In this document: in pieces, positions 62,301 through 64,000 of the stretch
Numbering within the stretch: the first letter of the stretch is position 1
Layout of the letters: the number at the start of each line of letters is the position of its first letter
From: the human T2T-CHM13v2.0 reference genome, Homo sapiens
Assembly (NCBI RefSeq): GCF_009914755.1
Contig: NC_060933.1
Length of the DNA: 64,000 nt
Reading direction: 5' to 3' (one strand)
The notes under the pieces: generated by a model
Seen by the model: the letters and a program-made list of their open reading frames with translations, nothing else
What the model was told of the DNA's origin: nothing
Database searches by the model: none
Position numbers and translations under genes: made by a program

Positions 62301-64000
62301 TTCTCCTAAAAACCAGACAGAAGCATTCTCAGAAACTTCCTTGTGATGTGTGTACTCAAGTAACAGAGTTGAACCTTACTTTTGACAGAGCCGTTTTGAA
62401 ACAGTCTTTTTGTAGAATCTGGAAGTAGATATTTGGATACCTTTGAGGATTTCTTTGGAAACGGGATATCTTCATATAAAATCTAGACAGAAGCATTCTC
62501 AGAAACTTCTTTGTGCTGTATGTCCTCAATTAACAGAGTTGAACCTTTGTGTGGATACAGCATTTTGGAAACATTCCTTTAGTAGAATCTGCAAGTTGAT
62601 ATTTAGATAGCTAGGAAGATTTCCTTGGAAACGGGAATATCTTCATATAAAATCTAGACGGAAGCATTCTCAGAAAGTGCTTTGTGATGTTTGCATTCAA
62701 GTCACAGAGTTGAATGTTCCCTTTTATAGAGCAGGTTTGAAACACTCTTTCTGCACTACCTGGAAGTGGACATTTGGAGCGCTTTGAGGCCTATGTTGAA
62801 AAAGGAAATATCTTCCCATAAAAACTAGACAGAAGCATTCTCAGAAACTTGTTTGTGATGTGTGTATTCAACTAACAGAGATGAACCTTTCTTTTTACAG
62901 AGCAGTTTTGAAACACTCTTTTTGTGGAATCTGAAAGTGGATATTTGGATAGCTTTGAGGATTTCGTTGGAAACGGGATTACATATAAAATCTAGAGAGA
63001 AGCATTCTCAGGAACTTCTTTGTGATGTTTGCATTTAAGTCACAGAACTGAACATTCCCTTTCATAGAGCATGTTTGAAACACTCTTTCTGTAGTATCCG
63101 CAAGCGGACGTTTCAAGCGCTTTCAGGCCTATGGTGAGAAAGGAAATATCTTCAAGTAAAAACTAGACAGAAGCATTCTCAGAAACTTATTTGCCATGTG
63201 TGTTCTCAACTAACAGAGTTGAACCTTTGTTTGGATACGGCATTTTGGAAACACTCTTTTTGTAGAATCTGCAGGTGGATATTCGGATAGCTTTGAAGGT
63301 TTCGTTGGAAACGGGAATATCTTCATATAAAATCTAGACGGAAGCATTCTCAGAAACTGCTTTGTGATGTTTTCATTCAAGTCACAGAGTTGAATGTTCC
63401 CTTTTATAGAGCAGGTTTGAAACACTCTTTCTGCACTACCTGGAAGTGGACATTTGGAGCGCTTTGAGGCCTATGTTGAAAAAGGAAATATCTTCCCATA
63501 AAAACTAGACAGAAGCATTCTCAGAAACTTGTTTGTGATGTGTGTATTCAACTAACAGAGATGAACCTTTCTTTTTACAGAGCAGTTTTGAAACACTCTT
63601 TTTGTGGAATCTGAAAGTGGATATTTGGATAGCTTTGAGGATTTCGTTGGAAACGGGATTACATATAAAATCTAGAGAGAAGCATTCTCAGGAACTTCTT
63701 TGTGATGTTTGCATTCACGTCACAGAACTGAACATTCCCTTTCATAGAGCATGTTTGAAACACTCTTTCTGTAGTATCTGCAAACGGACATTTCAAGCAC
63801 TTTCAGGCCTATGGTAAGAAAGGAAATATCTTCAAATAAAAACTAGACAGAAGCATTCTCAGAAACTTATTTGCGATGTGTGTTCTCAACTAACAGAGTT
63901 GAACCTTTGTTTTGATACAACATTTTGGAAACACTCTTTTTGTAGAATCTGCAAGTGGATATTTGGATAGCTTTGAAGGTTTCGTTGGAAACGGGAATAT
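59350..64000 (+). repeat. Regular, homogeneous 11-mer HOR block (1872-bp period)
   Basis: Monomer-A markers at 59798, 60990, 61670, 62862 and 63542 give alternating 1192/680 spacings. Variants such as 'gtttcagaca', 'cggagatttc', 'aagtgcatat' and 'tatccgcaag' recur 1872 bp apart. Confidence 0.9.

Larger units (their letters stand above)
1..64000 (+). repeat. Centromeric alpha-satellite higher-order repeat array, SF2 type, most likely human D13Z1/D21Z1 (S2C13/21H1L)
   Basis: The motif 'cagaagcattctcagaaactt' recurs every ~167-171 bp throughout. CENP-B boxes (tttcgttggaaacggga) alternate with pJ-alpha-like boxes. Monomer A recurs at 678-680 bp (4 monomers) or 1189-1192 bp (7 monomers), summing to 1872 bp (11-mer). 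Alpha-satellite identity is certain; the locus name rests on recalled HOR sizes. Confidence 0.95.

Noticed and set aside
276-63817. Recurrent 91-aa 'MYSTNRDEPFF...' ORF and the other 61-142 aa ORFs
   Set aside because: They are chance open frames in satellite monomers. The main one starts at GTG rather than ATG, has no recognisable domain, and is freely disrupted by stops and frameshifts in sibling copies. I used them only as positional markers.
1-64000. CRISPR-like repeat-spacer pattern ('agacagaagcattctcagaaactt' every ~170 bp)
   Set aside because: The intervening sequences are homologous monomer bodies rather than unique spacers, and there are no cas genes.
1-64000. Transposon insertion (L1/Alu) or inversion
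   Set aside because: Every A-to-A interval is a whole number of monomers and all CENP-B boxes seen are on the + strand. I saw no poly(A) tail or non-satellite sequence.
1-64000. Firm assignment to chromosome 13 versus 21
   Set aside because: The two arrays share the same HOR. Abundant 7-mers lean towards chr13 from my recollection, but this needs alignment to T2T references.

Overview
The whole 64 kb is one uninterrupted, single-orientation array of primate alpha satellite (~171-bp monomers, CENP-B boxes on the + strand). The 680 + 1192 = 1872 bp (4-mer + 7-mer = 11-mer) period and the alternating CENP-B/pJ-alpha boxes fit the human suprachromosomal family 2 HOR D13Z1/D21Z1 (S2C13/21H1L). 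I cannot tell chr13 from chr21 by eye. I found no genes, transposon insertions or inversions, and all listed ORFs are repeat artefacts. The interest is architectural. Both ends (1 to ~2 kb and ~59.35-64 kb) carry the same regular 11-mer haplotype. The ~57 kb between them is a more heterogeneous island of 7-mer and 4-mer variants. In its right part (~38-59.3 kb) these variants form a ~4252-bp 25-mer super-repeat (7+7+4+7) with private SNVs and one EcoRI site per unit. The island also contains a triplicated trimer, a dimer deletion, nested duplications, conversion tracts and CENP-B box gain/loss alleles. Monomer labels are my own: A (167 bp, CENP-B box), B, C (CENP-B box), D, E (170 bp), F and G form the 7-mer; A, B, C', D' form the 4-mer. 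All comparisons were made by eye and boundaries are approximate.
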